Of a stretch of DNA of 64,000 bases, positions 47,068 to 57,377 are shown in pieces. The notes beneath the pieces were generated by a model. That model saw only the letters and a program-made list of their open reading frames with translations, made no database searches and had not been told where the DNA came from. Position numbers and translations under genes: made by a program. Origin of the DNA: Minisyncoccota bacterium (GTDB taxonomy: Bacteria > Patescibacteriota > Minisyncoccia > UBA6257 > GWB1-50-10); NCBI GenBank assembly GCA_041665265.1, contig JBAYJE010000003.1, forward strand, positions 1,424 to 65,423, given 5' to 3'. Position 1 is the stretch's first letter. Every line of letters begins with the position of its first letter.

Positions 47068-47793
47068 ATGCGTATTATCGATCGCTTAAGCATCTGGCTC
47101 ACAAACATCTATCGTTTTATTAATAGTGTGTTTCGTGAATCCATCAAACCATTCGTTCCTGCGGTAAAAGCGTGGATACAACGTCATAAAGAGCGTCGCG
47201 AAGATAAGAGAGAAGATCGCATTTTTCGAATTTTAAATTTTAGAATTATGGGTGAAGAAGTGGTCACTGTACCAAATGTACTTTCAGCACTTCGTCCAAT
47301 TCTTGCTCTTCTTCTTCTTCCAATGCGATATTATGGTGTTCCACTCACAATTACCGCACCCATATTTGCCATAGCATTACTTACTGACAAATATGATGGG
47401 GTATGGGCAGAACAAGATGGACATACAAACTTCGGAGAATTTTTAGATCCGATTTGTGATAAAATAGCACTTTTTATTTTTGTGCTTCCTGATCTTGCAT
47501 ATCTGAACTCTTGGATTATATGGCCACTTTTTGTAATAGAGCTTGTTCTCTTTACGGTTTCCATAGGAGCTATGATTTCCATACATCTCGGAGGGCTTAA
47601 AAAAAGTACCAATTTAAGTTCGAACATTTTTGGTAAAACAAAATTTACCATGGAATGTGTGGCACTTTGTGCGCTTGCAATCGGATTCATTGATTTCGCA
47701 GGATGGTTCTTTGCAATTGCAATTCCTTTTGCGCTTCTTAGTATTCTGGGAAAAGCAAAAGAACTCATGCGTGCTCATTATCACGCTGCATAA
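47068..47793 (+). CDS. CDP-alcohol phosphatidyltransferase family membrane protein
   Basis: 'DKYDGVWAEQDGHTNFGEFLDPICDKI' (the D-x2-DG-x2-AR...G-x3-D-x3-D-type motif). Polytopic. Confidence 0.6.
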   Translation: MRIIDRLSIWLTNIYRFINSVFRESIKPFVPAVKAWIQRHKERREDKREDRIFRILNFRIMGEEVVTVPNVLSALRPILALLLLPMRYYGVPLTITAPIFAIALLTDKYDGVWAEQDGHTNFGEFLDPICDKIALFIFVLPDLAYLNSWIIWPLFVIELVLFTVSIGAMISIHLGGLKKSTNLSSNIFGKTKFTMECVALCALAIGFIDFAGWFFAIAIPFALLSILGKAKELMRAHYHAA

Positions 47794-47860
47794 TAAATAC
47801 TCCCTGTTTTGCCACTGGCAAGATGGGGATTTTTTTACCCTTTAAAAATAGCTGGGAATC

Positions 47861-49201
47861 TTGCATACTATGGATATGGCTACTATAGAGCCCACATTAC
47901 CGGGCGGATTCAAGGATTATCTTCCCGAAGATATGATTCCGCGCCAGAAAATGCTCGACACGATTCGAAAAACGTTCGAGCTCTTTGGGTTCGTTCCGCT
48001 TGATACACCAGGTATCGAAAAAACGGAGATACTGACCGGAGGGGATCCCGAATTCAAAAAACAGATATATCGTATCGCTTCCGAAAAAGGAGATGACGAA
48101 CTCGCACTCCGCTTTGACCTTACGGTGCCCTTAGCGCGTGTTGTTGCCGCAAATGCAGGCACCATAAGACGGCCCTTCAAGCGATATCAAATGGGCAAGG
48201 TGTGGCGCGGAGAGCGACAGCAAGCAGGACGCTTTCGTGAATTCATGCAATGTGATGCGGATATCGTAGGCACAGAATCGGTAGCAGCTGATGCAGAAAT
48301 CATCGCACTTATTAATACAGTAATGCGCGCATTAGGCTTCAAACGATTTCTTATTAAAATAAATAATCGAAAAATTTTAAATTGTCTTGCAGAATATGCA
48401 AAATTTGATGACAAAAAACTTCCTGCAATATTACGTTCACTCGATAAACTCGATAAACAAGAATGGAGTGATGTAGAAAAAGAACTTATAGAAATTGGTA
48501 TCACACCAGAAGCAATAAATGCTATTAAGAATTTTATTAATGTGAAGGAAAGTAAATCTCGTGCAAAATTGACCGCATTGCGGGAACTCCTTGTAGGAAT
48601 CAAAGATGCGGAGGAGGGAATCAAAGAACTTGAAGTGATTGCATCATATCTTGATGCACTCGGTGTATCTGAAGAATCATGGACATTCGATTTCTCGGTC
48701 GCTCGTGGTCTCGGTTATTATACCGGTCCCGTGTTTGAGACAACTCTCCTCGATCTTCCAAAAATTGGTAGTGTATTCTCGGGAGGACGTTACGACGACC
48801 TTGTCGCACGCTTCGGCACAATAACCATACCTGCAACAGGAGCTTCAATTGGCATTGACCGTCTTTTTGCCGCAATGGAAAAACTAAACCTCATTAAACA
48901 AGAGAAAACAACTGCGCAAGTAATCGTGTTAAATTTTGATGAGTCATGTGCGACTAGCACATCATACACCGTCGCCACATTACGCTCTGCGAACATCCCT
49001 GCAGAATTATATTTTGGTTCAGAAAAAAATATGAAAGGACAACTCGCCTATGCGGTAAATGAGGAGATTCCTGTTACTATCATTATCGGAGGAAATGAAA
49101 AAGAGAAAGGAACTGCGATGGTGAAAGATATGAGAAAAAGAACACAGATAGAAGTTCCTCAGAAAGAGATAGTGCAAAAAATAAAAGAAATCTTACAATA
49201 G
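47861..49201 (+). CDS. hisS: Histidyl-tRNA synthetase
   Basis: 'GGFKDYLPEDMIPRQKMLDTIRKTFELFGFVPLDTPGIE', 'RFREFMQCDADIVG', 'GGRYDDLVARFG'. Confidence 0.9.
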   Translation: MHTMDMATIEPTLPGGFKDYLPEDMIPRQKMLDTIRKTFELFGFVPLDTPGIEKTEILTGGDPEFKKQIYRIASEKGDDELALRFDLTVPLARVVAANAGTIRRPFKRYQMGKVWRGERQQAGRFREFMQCDADIVGTESVAADAEIIALINTVMRALGFKRFLIKINNRKILNCLAEYAKFDDKKLPAILRSLDKLDKQEWSDVEKELIEIGITPEAINAIKNFINVKESKSRAKLTALRELLVGIKDAEEGIKELEVIASYLDALGVSEESWTFDFSVARGLGYYTGPVFETTLLDLPKIGSVFSGGRYDDLVARFGTITIPATGASIGIDRLFAAMEKLNLIKQEKTTAQVIVLNFDESCATSTSYTVATLRSANIPAELYFGSEKNMKGQLAYAVNEEIPVTIIIGGNEKEKGTAMVKDMRKRTQIEVPQKEIVQKIKEILQ

Positions 49202-49223
49202 AATAATATGCCCCATCTAACTG

Positions 49224-50213
49224 ATGGGGCTCGTTCATATGACACGCGGATTTTGGAAAAAACTTAAAAAACCTTTTTTTGTGCTTGCACCGATGGCTGA
49301 TGTTACCGATGCCGCATTCCGACACGTCATCGCAAAATATGGAAAGCCCGATGCAATGTGGACGGAATTTGTTTCGTGCGAAGGACTCTGCTCTCGTGGA
49401 AAAGAAAGGCTTCTTATTGATTTACGCTATGGCTCAAAAGAGCGCCCTATTGTAGCTCAATTATTTGGTTCAAACCCCGAACATATGTATGAGTGCGCAA
49501 AACTTGTTCGCTCATTAAAATTTGATGGGCTTGATATCAACATGGGGTGTCCTGACCGCGCAATTGAAAAGCAGGGGGCGGGTGCCTCACTTATAAAAAA
49601 TCCTAAACTTGCTCAGGAACTTATCCGCGCCGCAAAAGAAGGGGCAGGAACAATGCCAGTCTCAGTGAAAACTCGCATTGGTTATTTAACAAATACTCTT
49701 GAGGAGTGGCTTCCTTTACTTCTCAAGGCCGAACCAGTGGCAATAACTGTTCATGGGCGCACACGAAAAGAGATGTCTAAGGTGCCTGCGAATTGGGATA
49801 TAATCCGTGACGCAGTATTACTAACAAAAAAATACACAAGCGCCGCAAAACGCCCTCTTATTATTGGGAACGGGGATGTGAAAGATATTCGTGATGCGCG
49901 AGAAAAAATAAAACAATCGGGAGTCGATGGTGTAATGATAGGACGCGGTATTTTTGGCAACCCATGGCTTTTTAATAGGAAATTTGAAGGGAAGGAAATA
50001 TCACAAAAGAAGCGCCTCGGGGTTCTTGTAGAACATGCGAAGTATTTTGAGAAAATTTACAAAAATATAAAACGGTTTGAAATAATGAAGAAGCATTTTA
50101 AGGCCTACGCATCGGGTTTTGATGGTGCAAAAGAATTGCGCGTACACCTCATGAGTACTCGCAATGCAAAAGAAGTAGAGAAAGTGGTAACATCATATTT
50201 ATTGACAATATAA
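49224..50213 (+). CDS. tRNA-dihydrouridine synthase (Dus family)
   Basis: 'LAPMADVTDAAFRHVIAKYG', 'DINMGCP', 'VSVKTRIG', 'TVHGRTR'. Confidence 0.85.
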   Translation: MGLVHMTRGFWKKLKKPFFVLAPMADVTDAAFRHVIAKYGKPDAMWTEFVSCEGLCSRGKERLLIDLRYGSKERPIVAQLFGSNPEHMYECAKLVRSLKFDGLDINMGCPDRAIEKQGAGASLIKNPKLAQELIRAAKEGAGTMPVSVKTRIGYLTNTLEEWLPLLLKAEPVAITVHGRTRKEMSKVPANWDIIRDAVLLTKKYTSAAKRPLIIGNGDVKDIRDAREKIKQSGVDGVMIGRGIFGNPWLFNRKFEGKEISQKKRLGVLVEHAKYFEKIYKNIKRFEIMKKHFKAYASGFDGAKELRVHLMSTRNAKEVEKVVTSYLLTI

Positions 50214-50336
50214 GCATCTAATGCTACAGTAAGAATCTTAAATCGCTCATTTATAACAAGAAGCAGTTAAAGAGAAGGCACTAAACAGTTCCTCTTATTT
50301 CACAATTCATAATCATTTTTACAGATAGGGGCTTAC

Positions 50337-50603
50337 ATGGATCAGAAAGAACGTGAAAAACACTTCACGCCCAATACTCTCGTAGTATGGGACAAAAAAG
50401 TGCCACAATTTGAATCGGTCAAAAAATTTGCCCAATTGGTGGGTGATGGGCCATTTATTGTGACAAGCACAGCTGATGTGCATTCAGAAAATCAGGAAGC
50501 GGTGGGGCATCATCAGTTTGTTAAGTTCGATGTAAACGGAACAATCAAAACATTTTCGGGGGCCGTGCTTGTGCGTTATCAAGGTGCAAAAGAGCCCATA
50601 TAA
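50337..50603 (+). CDS. Hypothetical protein (88 aa)
   Basis: ORF followed by a terminator. No known motifs. Confidence 0.4.
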   Translation: MDQKEREKHFTPNTLVVWDKKVPQFESVKKFAQLVGDGPFIVTSTADVHSENQEAVGHHQFVKFDVNGTIKTFSGAVLVRYQGAKEPI

Positions 50604-50617
50604 TTCTCTTCTATCAT

Positions 50618-50650
50618 CAACCCCGCCACTGGCGGGGTTCATTTCTTGTT
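50618..50650 (+). terminator. Intrinsic terminator
   Basis: AACCCCGCC-actg-GCGGGGTT followed by a T-rich stretch. Confidence 0.6.
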
Positions 50651-50684
50651 ATTCTTGCAGAGAAAGGTGATACTATAAAAGCAA

Positions 50685-51386
50685 ATGCGTATACAGAAAT
50701 ACTTTTCGGAACAAAAAATACTTTCCCGCCGAGAAACCGAGGATTTTATCCTGAAGGGTTTTATTACAGTAAACGGTAAGATAGTGAAAGAGTTAGGTAC
50801 TCAAATCGACCCCACAAAAGACAAGGTGGAGATTATTGAGGCAGCAAAACCTACTCTCGGCAAAAAAATTACAATTGCGTTTCATAAGCCTCGCGGTATT
50901 GTGGTCTCAAAAATTAAAGAAGAAGGACCAACGATATTTGATCTTCTTCCTCAATTCACTTATTTAAATGCAGTAGGGCGTCTTGATAAAGAAAGTGAAG
51001 GACTTATTCTTCTTTCAAATGATGGTGCGGTAACTGCCACAGTCACAGGAACCGAACATCTCGTGGAAAAAGAATACGAAGTAGAGGTAAGTGAGCCAGT
51101 AAATGCGGGAAAATTAAGAAAGATGGAAGAAGGAGTTATGCTTGTTGATGGAAAAACGCTCCCCGCAAAAACATATCGCGTGAGCCCAACCTCGTTCCAT
51201 ATTATTTTGCGAGAAGGAAGGAAACATCAAATTCGTCGCATGTGTGCGGCACTTTACCTTACTATCAATCGCCTAAAGCGTATTCGCATAGGAACAATTC
51301 TTCTTAAAGGAATCGATTCTGGAAAATTTAGAGAATTAACTGAAAAAGAAGTGACTTCTCTTAAGAGGGGTTCGCCAGTCAAATAA
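50685..51386 (+). CDS. RsuA/RluB-family pseudouridine synthase with an S4 domain
   Basis: 'RIQKYFSEQKILSRRETEDFILKGFITVNG', 'GRLDKESEGLILLSNDG', 'RKHQIRRM'. Confidence 0.85.
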   Translation: MRIQKYFSEQKILSRRETEDFILKGFITVNGKIVKELGTQIDPTKDKVEIIEAAKPTLGKKITIAFHKPRGIVVSKIKEEGPTIFDLLPQFTYLNAVGRLDKESEGLILLSNDGAVTATVTGTEHLVEKEYEVEVSEPVNAGKLRKMEEGVMLVDGKTLPAKTYRVSPTSFHIILREGRKHQIRRMCAALYLTINRLKRIRIGTILLKGIDSGKFRELTEKEVTSLKRGSPVK

Positions 51387-51406
51387 AAAAAATCTATACT
51401 ATATCC

Positions 51407-52240
51407 ATGAGAGGATTTGAACGAAGCGAGGAAAAAATATTCGAGCATCTCACGGTAGATCAAGGATTTAAAAAAGCAGAAAGACTTCTTTCACAAGAGG
51501 CCATTAAGCCGCGCTCATTTGCAGATTTATATGGAGAGGACTCAGTAAAGGAGGATGAATTATACGTAGAAAAAATGGAAGCGGAATTCGAACAAGGACA
51601 TTCTCCTGAAATGAGGGAAACACAGAAGCTTGCAACTATTTTTGAGGCAATTGTTCATGATAACGCGGATATGAGTGAGTGGTTTGGAAGCGATGCAGAA
51701 GCAATAAAGCCTTCGCGCTTTGATGATATTAAAAATGGAGTAGATACCATTATCGAAATTCAAGAAGATGAGCGCTCTGCATCTCATCTTGGTCTCGCAA
51801 TAGATGCAACATTCAGTCAGGATATGGAAAAGAAATTTACCCGCATTCGAAGGGAGATTGATGCCGGAGAACTCGCGAAAGTAAAATATTTTCAATCAGA
51901 ACATCTTAGTATCCGAGGAGAATTAAGCAATCTTCCACGCGTAGTTATTGGAGCTGATGCAAAAACAATTAAGGAATTGAATGAGTTGTGGCTAGAAGGA
52001 AAAAAACGTGACCTTGGGAAACACTCCGTTCAATTTCAAATCCTTGAGGAAATTGTAATGCAACTTGAAGCTTTTCGACGCTATGCCGAAGAGAAAAATA
52101 AAAAAGAATTGGCGATTATTTATGAATCAACGCGATCACTTGTTGCAGGCATTCTTTCTAAAAAACATCACGAAGTACACGACAACGGAGATCGTGATCA
52201 AATATATTACGCAATTCAAAGCAATTTAGGTGCCTTTTAA
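51407..52240 (+). CDS. Hypothetical acidic protein (277 aa)
   Basis: ORF only. No recognisable motifs. Confidence 0.4.
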   Translation: MRGFERSEEKIFEHLTVDQGFKKAERLLSQEAIKPRSFADLYGEDSVKEDELYVEKMEAEFEQGHSPEMRETQKLATIFEAIVHDNADMSEWFGSDAEAIKPSRFDDIKNGVDTIIEIQEDERSASHLGLAIDATFSQDMEKKFTRIRREIDAGELAKVKYFQSEHLSIRGELSNLPRVVIGADAKTIKELNELWLEGKKRDLGKHSVQFQILEEIVMQLEAFRRYAEEKNKKELAIIYESTRSLVAGILSKKHHEVHDNGDRDQIYYAIQSNLGAF

Positions 52241-52262
52241 TATCCTAGATGGAGCTATTCAG

Positions 52263-53156
52263 ATGAATATGAAAAAAGGTTTTATAATTTCTTCCGTCGC
52301 AGTTCTAATAATTGCGTTTCTTTTTTCTTTAAAAACGAACACTCCCGCAGAAATAAAAGAAACCTCTCAAATACTCATTGGTGCTGGAGATATAGCTGAT
52401 TGTTCACGTGATACCGATGAAAAAACAGCGACTCTTCTCGAGCACTTTCCCTCAAGTACTGTATTTACCACAGGCGACAATGTCTATCCAGTAGGAACTA
52501 GAGATACCTACTCACAATGCTATGAACCTTCATGGGGCAAGGTAAAAGCGCGCACACGTCCATCACCAGGGAATCACGATTATGCGCAAGGAACCAATAG
52601 TTATTTTTCGTATTTTGGTGAAAACGCAGGTAAAAAAGGGGAAGGATATTATAGTTATGATCTTGGGGGATGGCATATTGTGATGCTTGATAGCGAATGT
52701 ATAAATGGATGTAACACCACTTCATCCCAATATATGTGGCTAAAAAATGACCTCGAGACTGCCCAAGCCTCATGCACGATGGCAATGTGGCATCATCCGG
52801 TATTTAGCTCTGGCATGCATGGTAATTCTGAGCGCGCACACGATCTTTGGAATCTTCTTTATAACTACGGCGCAGAAGTTGTAGTAAATGGACACGATCA
52901 TTATTACGAACGATTCGCACCTCAAAATAAAGCGGGACAAGCAGATTCTCAAGGAATCCGCGAATTTATAGTTGGTACTGGTGGAAAAGATCTTTATGCG
53001 GTTACTTCTATTCAACCGAACAGTGAGATAAGGAATGCGGAAACCTTTGGTGTTATGAAATTTGATCTTAAACCTGGGTCATACACGTGGGAATTTATTC
53101 CAATCGAAGGATCTACATTTACTGATAAAGGCGAGGGGAGTTGCTTTACGCGATAA
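52263..53156 (+). CDS. Secreted metallophosphoesterase (calcineurin-like / purple-acid-phosphatase-like)
   Basis: Signal peptide, 'GAGDIADCS', 'GDNVYP', 'GNHDY', 'HHPVFSSGMHG', 'GHDHYYER'. An alternative upstream start is at 52230. Confidence 0.75.
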   Translation: MNMKKGFIISSVAVLIIAFLFSLKTNTPAEIKETSQILIGAGDIADCSRDTDEKTATLLEHFPSSTVFTTGDNVYPVGTRDTYSQCYEPSWGKVKARTRPSPGNHDYAQGTNSYFSYFGENAGKKGEGYYSYDLGGWHIVMLDSECINGCNTTSSQYMWLKNDLETAQASCTMAMWHHPVFSSGMHGNSERAHDLWNLLYNYGAEVVVNGHDHYYERFAPQNKAGQADSQGIREFIVGTGGKDLYAVTSIQPNSEIRNAETFGVMKFDLKPGSYTWEFIPIEGSTFTDKGEGSCFTR

Positions 53157-53259
53157 CTATTACCGATATCGACTACATAATTTTATAAAAAGACCCACAA
53201 AATCCCCATCTGAATAGGGACTGGTAATTTTTCAAAATATCTGTTATAGTAGGCCTGCT

Positions 53260-54624
53260 ATGATAAATGCAGATAAAAATTTTTCAGGACTCGGTATTTC
53301 TCCAGACATTCTCGGTGTTCTTGAGAAGCTTAATTTTAAGATTCCTACTCCAATTCAGGAGCAATCTATTCCTATCGCGATAGAAGGAAAGGATGTTATG
53401 GGAATTGCACAAACTGGAACGGGCAAAACTCTTGCGTTTGGTATCCCTATGTTACAACGCGTTATTATCGAGAAAAAACTCGGTCTTATTGTTGTTCCTA
53501 CACGTGAACTTGCACTTCAAGTAAGTGAGGCACTCGATGCGGTAGGTAGCCCACTCGGTATTAAAACTGCGACGATTATTGGTGGTGAGCCAATGCCGCG
53601 TCAATTACGCGCGCTTTCAAGACACCCTCACATAGTTATTGGAACTCCCGGACGCATTATCGATCATATTGAACGCAGAACGCTTGATCTTCGCAATGTG
53701 GGCATTCTTATCTTGGATGAGGCTGATCGTATGCTTGATATGGGATTTGAACCACAGTTAAAGCAGATTCTTTCTGTTATTCCTCACGAACGACAAACAA
53801 TGCTCTTCTCAGCAACCATGCCTGATGAAATTATGAGCATTGCCCGTACTCACATGAAGCTTCCAATTCGCATCGAAATTGCACGCGCAGGAAGCACCGC
53901 GAAAGATGTGACTCATGAACTTTTCATTGTGGCGCAAGAAGATAAATCACGCCTCTTAGAAAAACTTCTCCAAGAATACCGTGGTTCAGTTCTCGTTTTT
54001 TCTCGTACAAAGCACAGCGCAAAACGCATTGCGGCTATTGTCCGCTTTATTGGACACACCGGTGCAGAAATTCACTCAAATCGTTCGCTCGCACAGCGTC
54101 GTGACGCTCTTGAAGGCTTCAAACAAGGACGCTATCGCGTACTCGTCGCAACTGATATTGCAGCGCGTGGTATTGATGTTACTAATATTGAACTCGTTAT
54201 TAACTATGATCTCCCTGAGAATGCGGAAGATTACGTGCATCGCATTGGACGCACAGGACGCGCAGGATTAAGTGGACACGCTATCTCATTTGCACGACCA
54301 AACCAAAGTGGTGATGTGCGCGCCATCGAACGCCTTATCCGTTCTTCACTTCCTGTTTCAAAACTCCCAGAATTACCACGAGTACTTCCTGCATCGCGAA
54401 CTGGTATTCCGCCAGAGCGCGAGGAACGCCGTGGACGTTCAGGAGGATTTTCACGGTCAGGTGGTGGTCGCTCACATTCCTCATCTTCATCACGCAGACC
54501 ATTTTCCTCACATTCTCCGTCATCTCGTCCATCATCACCCGCATCCTCTTCATCAGAAGCAGGTAAAACAAAACCACGATTCAGAAATCGAGGTCCACGC
54601 CCAATGCGTTCATTCGGACGTTAA
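53260..54624 (+). CDS. DEAD-box ATP-dependent RNA helicase with a C-terminal Arg/Ser-rich tail
   Basis: 'PTPIQEQSIP', 'AQTGTGKT', 'LILDEADRMLDMGF', 'SAT', 'HRIGRTGRAG'. The tail is 'RRGRSGGFSRSGGGRSHSSSSSRR...'. Confidence 0.9.
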   Translation: MINADKNFSGLGISPDILGVLEKLNFKIPTPIQEQSIPIAIEGKDVMGIAQTGTGKTLAFGIPMLQRVIIEKKLGLIVVPTRELALQVSEALDAVGSPLGIKTATIIGGEPMPRQLRALSRHPHIVIGTPGRIIDHIERRTLDLRNVGILILDEADRMLDMGFEPQLKQILSVIPHERQTMLFSATMPDEIMSIARTHMKLPIRIEIARAGSTAKDVTHELFIVAQEDKSRLLEKLLQEYRGSVLVFSRTKHSAKRIAAIVRFIGHTGAEIHSNRSLAQRRDALEGFKQGRYRVLVATDIAARGIDVTNIELVINYDLPENAEDYVHRIGRTGRAGLSGHAISFARPNQSGDVRAIERLIRSSLPVSKLPELPRVLPASRTGIPPEREERRGRSGGFSRSGGGRSHSSSSSRRPFSSHSPSSRPSSPASSSSEAGKTKPRFRNRGPRPMRSFGR

Positions 54625-54645
54625 TAATAAAAACTTAAAAAACTA

Positions 54646-54680
54646 TAAAAATCCCTGATATCACATCAGGGATTTTTTAT
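54646..54680. terminator. Bidirectional intrinsic terminator between convergent genes
   Basis: AAAAATCCCTGAT-atcacatc-AGGGATTTTTT. Confidence 0.7.
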
Positions 54681-54700
54681 ATTCTTGTAAACAATGTAAT

Positions 54701-56182
54701 TTAAAGTTTGATACTTTTTTCGAGATCGAATGTCTCGTCAATACGAATCTGAGTAATAAACTCGGGTACGTGACTTACGAGTATCATGGCTCCATCATAC
54801 TTATTAAGTGCTGCCGCAATAATAGGAAGATGACGGAAGTTGATGTGGTTTGTTGGTTCATCAAGAATAAGCAATCCTGGGCGCTGCAATACAAGCCGGG
54901 CAAATGCCACAAGGCCTTTTTGCCCCTCTGATAGGCTTCCAATCTTCTTCCTCATGACTTCTTCATCAATCAAAAATCCTGCCGCAATAGAGCGGAGATG
55001 ATCTTCTGTCATATTTTCCGTTACCGAAACAAGTGATTGATACACAGTATCTTCGAAATTAAGCGTTGAGAAATCCTGGCGATAATATCCTACACGAACA
55101 CCTTCAGTAATAGTGGCACCTTTATGATGCTCGCTCGCAAGTGATTCGAGTAAGGTGCTCTTCCCGATACCATTCGGGCCCACAAGGAGAAGATGTTGAT
55201 TTTTCTTTAATGATATTTTTGCTTTATGAACGGTTGGTTTATGATTTTGAAACACAGAATACGATGAGATGTGAATAATCTCTCCTGTCATATCTTCCTG
55301 TGAGGGGATTATAAACGGACGAATCGTTTTATCCTCCTTCCGCACATCAACCATTGCTTCCTGCATCTCCTCAGCTTTCTCCCGCATCTTCTTTGCTACC
55401 AAACGCATCTGCCCTCCTTTGTGCGCAAAGAAGTTTGCCTTATCCTTGTTTGCTTGAATTTCTTTTGCAAGAAGTGCGTTTTTTCTATTTTCTCGCTCAA
55501 CACGGGCGGTAATCTGAGTTACTACATCAAGATAGTTACCCATGTACTGTTCAACTTTCTTTGTATAAATATCGAGATAAAGAACTCCTTGAGTAAAAGC
55601 ATTTAAGAAGTCAGCATCGTGAGAAATAACAATGCACGTCTTCTTATAATCAATAAGGAACTTGGTAAGATGAGCGATGCCCGCCTTATCAAGATTATTG
55701 GTAGGTTCATCAAGAAGAAGAAGATCGGGATTCTGGATAAGCGCAGAAGCAAGAAGAAGGCGAGCCTGTTGACCGCCAGAAAACGATTTCATAATTCGAT
55801 CATGGGGCGCCTGAAGATTTACCACATCAAGAACTTCGTCAATAAGAGGATCAATATTATAAACCTTCTTATCAAAACATTTTTCAAAAAATTCTCGCAC
55901 CGTAAGTTGCATGTCGGCTCGAGGAATAACCTGAAGAGCTGTTGCAATTGTGAGTCCCTTTGCTTTATGAATTGCTCCCATTTCTGGCTGAAGTGCGCCA
56001 GTGATAAGTTGAAAAATAGTACTTTTTCCAGCACCATTCTGACCCATAAGAGTGAACTTCCATCCGTCTCGCAACGAAAAACTTGCCTCGTTTAAAATGG
56101 GGGTTTGGTGACCAAAATCGAAGGAAACTCCATCGAATCTTAAGATAACTTCATTTCTCGCCATAGGAGTTATAGAATACAT
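54701..56182 (-). CDS. ABC-F family ATPase (two ABC domains, no TMD; Uup/EttA/YheS-like)
   Basis: Two Walker A sites ('GQNGAGKST', 'GPNGIGKST') and two signatures ('LSGGQQARL', 'LSEGQKGLV'). The start is placed at 'MYSITPMARNEV'. The longer track ORF reads through AT-rich upstream DNA. Confidence 0.8.
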   Translation of the reverse strand: MYSITPMARNEVILRFDGVSFDFGHQTPILNEASFSLRDGWKFTLMGQNGAGKSTIFQLITGALQPEMGAIHKAKGLTIATALQVIPRADMQLTVREFFEKCFDKKVYNIDPLIDEVLDVVNLQAPHDRIMKSFSGGQQARLLLASALIQNPDLLLLDEPTNNLDKAGIAHLTKFLIDYKKTCIVISHDADFLNAFTQGVLYLDIYTKKVEQYMGNYLDVVTQITARVERENRKNALLAKEIQANKDKANFFAHKGGQMRLVAKKMREKAEEMQEAMVDVRKEDKTIRPFIIPSQEDMTGEIIHISSYSVFQNHKPTVHKAKISLKKNQHLLLVGPNGIGKSTLLESLASEHHKGATITEGVRVGYYRQDFSTLNFEDTVYQSLVSVTENMTEDHLRSIAAGFLIDEEVMRKKIGSLSEGQKGLVAFARLVLQRPGLLILDEPTNHINFRHLPIIAAALNKYDGAMILVSHVPEFITQIRIDETFDLEKSIKL

Positions 56183-56266
56183 TATTTCACTGAATTTGGG
56201 AAGAGCTGGCAAGAAGAGAGACCAAAAAATATTAGATTGAGAAATATTGTATAATAATAAAAATAC

Positions 56267-56734
56267 ATGATTGTAGAAAAAGCGACTGAAAAAATAAAAA
56301 AAGAGGCGAAGGAATATCTTCAAAGTGAAAAGCTTGCGGTGGTATCGACAGTTTCTTCAGAAGGGAAACCTCAATCGGCAACCGTTTTATACCTTCTTGA
56401 CGATGAATTCAATTTTTTCTTTGTCACTCGTAGCGACACAAAGAAAGTGGAAAATCTTTTAACAAATAATGATGTATCTATTGTAGTAGGGGCGCAAATG
56501 GGACCCGTTACCATGCAAATGAGTGGTGTTGCAACACTCCTGTCATCTACCGAGCAAAAAGAATTTGTATATAAACTTTCTAAGAACACGGAGCTAAAAC
56601 AACTCTATTATGGACCCTTCCTAAACCTAGAGGGGATTAATTTCTCTCTTTATCGAGTTGCAATTACATGGGCACGTTGGTTAAAAATTGATATAGAAAA
56701 AAAGAAAGAAGTGTATTATCAAATCATTCCTTAA
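56267..56734 (+). CDS. Pyridoxamine 5'-phosphate oxidase-like FMN-binding family protein
   Basis: 'EKLAVVSTVSSEGKPQSATVLYLLDDEFNFFFVTRSDTKKVENL' shows the general-stress-protein-26-like pattern. Confidence 0.5.
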   Translation: MIVEKATEKIKKEAKEYLQSEKLAVVSTVSSEGKPQSATVLYLLDDEFNFFFVTRSDTKKVENLLTNNDVSIVVGAQMGPVTMQMSGVATLLSSTEQKEFVYKLSKNTELKQLYYGPFLNLEGINFSLYRVAITWARWLKIDIEKKKEVYYQIIP

Positions 56735-56744
56735 AAAGTAGTTC

Positions 56745-56772
56745 TAGTACGCAGATAATGCGTACTTTTTTT
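56745..56772 (+). terminator. Intrinsic terminator
   Basis: GTACGCA-gataa-TGCGTAC plus T7. Confidence 0.7.
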
Positions 56773-56794
56773 ACTTAGTGGTAGAATAATCTCG

Positions 56795-57376
56795 ATGCAT
56801 ACAGATGAGCAGCTCGTGCAAGCATATTTAAACGGCGATGCAGAAGCATTTTCTCTCCTCGTTGAACGATATACAAACCATATTTATAACTTTGTTCGAC
56901 GTTTTATTACACAAAAGAACGATGCAGAAGATATAACTCAGGAGGTATTCGTGAAGGTTTGGAAACATCTCCCTTCATTTAATACTACAAAGTCATTCAA
57001 GGTATGGCTTTTTACTATCGCAAAAAATGCCTCATTTGATTATGCACGAAGAAAATATGAGACAGTGTTTTCTGATATCGAGGATGTGCATGATGAACAT
57101 TGGGTAGAAGAATCAATTGAAGATGTAGCATCACTTCCCACAACACTCTTTGAAAAAAAAGAGGTGAGCGAATTTATATCCCGAGCACTTCAAACACTTT
57201 TAATACATGAGCGAACCGTCCTTCTTCTTCATTATGAAAATGAACTCACCTTTGAGGAGATAGCAGAAATCCTTAAAAAGCCGATGAATTCAGTAAAAAG
57301 CACGCATTTCCGCGCAATTAAAAAGCTGCAATCTTCTCTTGTGCACCAAAATAACAATGAGAAGCGTATTAAGTAA
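56795..57376 (+). CDS. ECF-type RNA polymerase sigma factor (sigma-70 family group 4)
   Basis: Region 2 'HIYNFVRRFITQKNDAEDITQEVFVKVWK' and region 4 'LHYENELTFEEIAEILKKPMNSVKSTHFRAIKKL'. Confidence 0.85.
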   Translation: MHTDEQLVQAYLNGDAEAFSLLVERYTNHIYNFVRRFITQKNDAEDITQEVFVKVWKHLPSFNTTKSFKVWLFTIAKNASFDYARRKYETVFSDIEDVHDEHWVEESIEDVASLPTTLFEKKEVSEFISRALQTLLIHERTVLLLHYENELTFEEIAEILKKPMNSVKSTHFRAIKKLQSSLVHQNNNEKRIK

Positions 57377-57377
57377 T

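Noticed and set aside
54421-54624. The Arg/Ser/Pro-rich low-complexity stretch looked like a separate element or repeat
   Set aside because: It is in frame with the DEAD-box helicase core and continuous with it. Such RS/RG tails are common in RhlE/DeaD-type helicases.
55619-56095. Plus-strand 158-aa ORF (Lys/Arg-rich)
   Set aside because: It is embedded antisense within the well-supported ABC-F ATPase gene and is a low-complexity translation artefact.
54701-56323. Full 540-aa track ORF for the ABC-F gene
   Set aside because: The first ~47 codons (MKIFLRLFFYFFSRFFYNH...) read through the AT-rich intergenic/promoter DNA shared with the divergent gene at 56267. The start was moved to the internal Met at about 56182.
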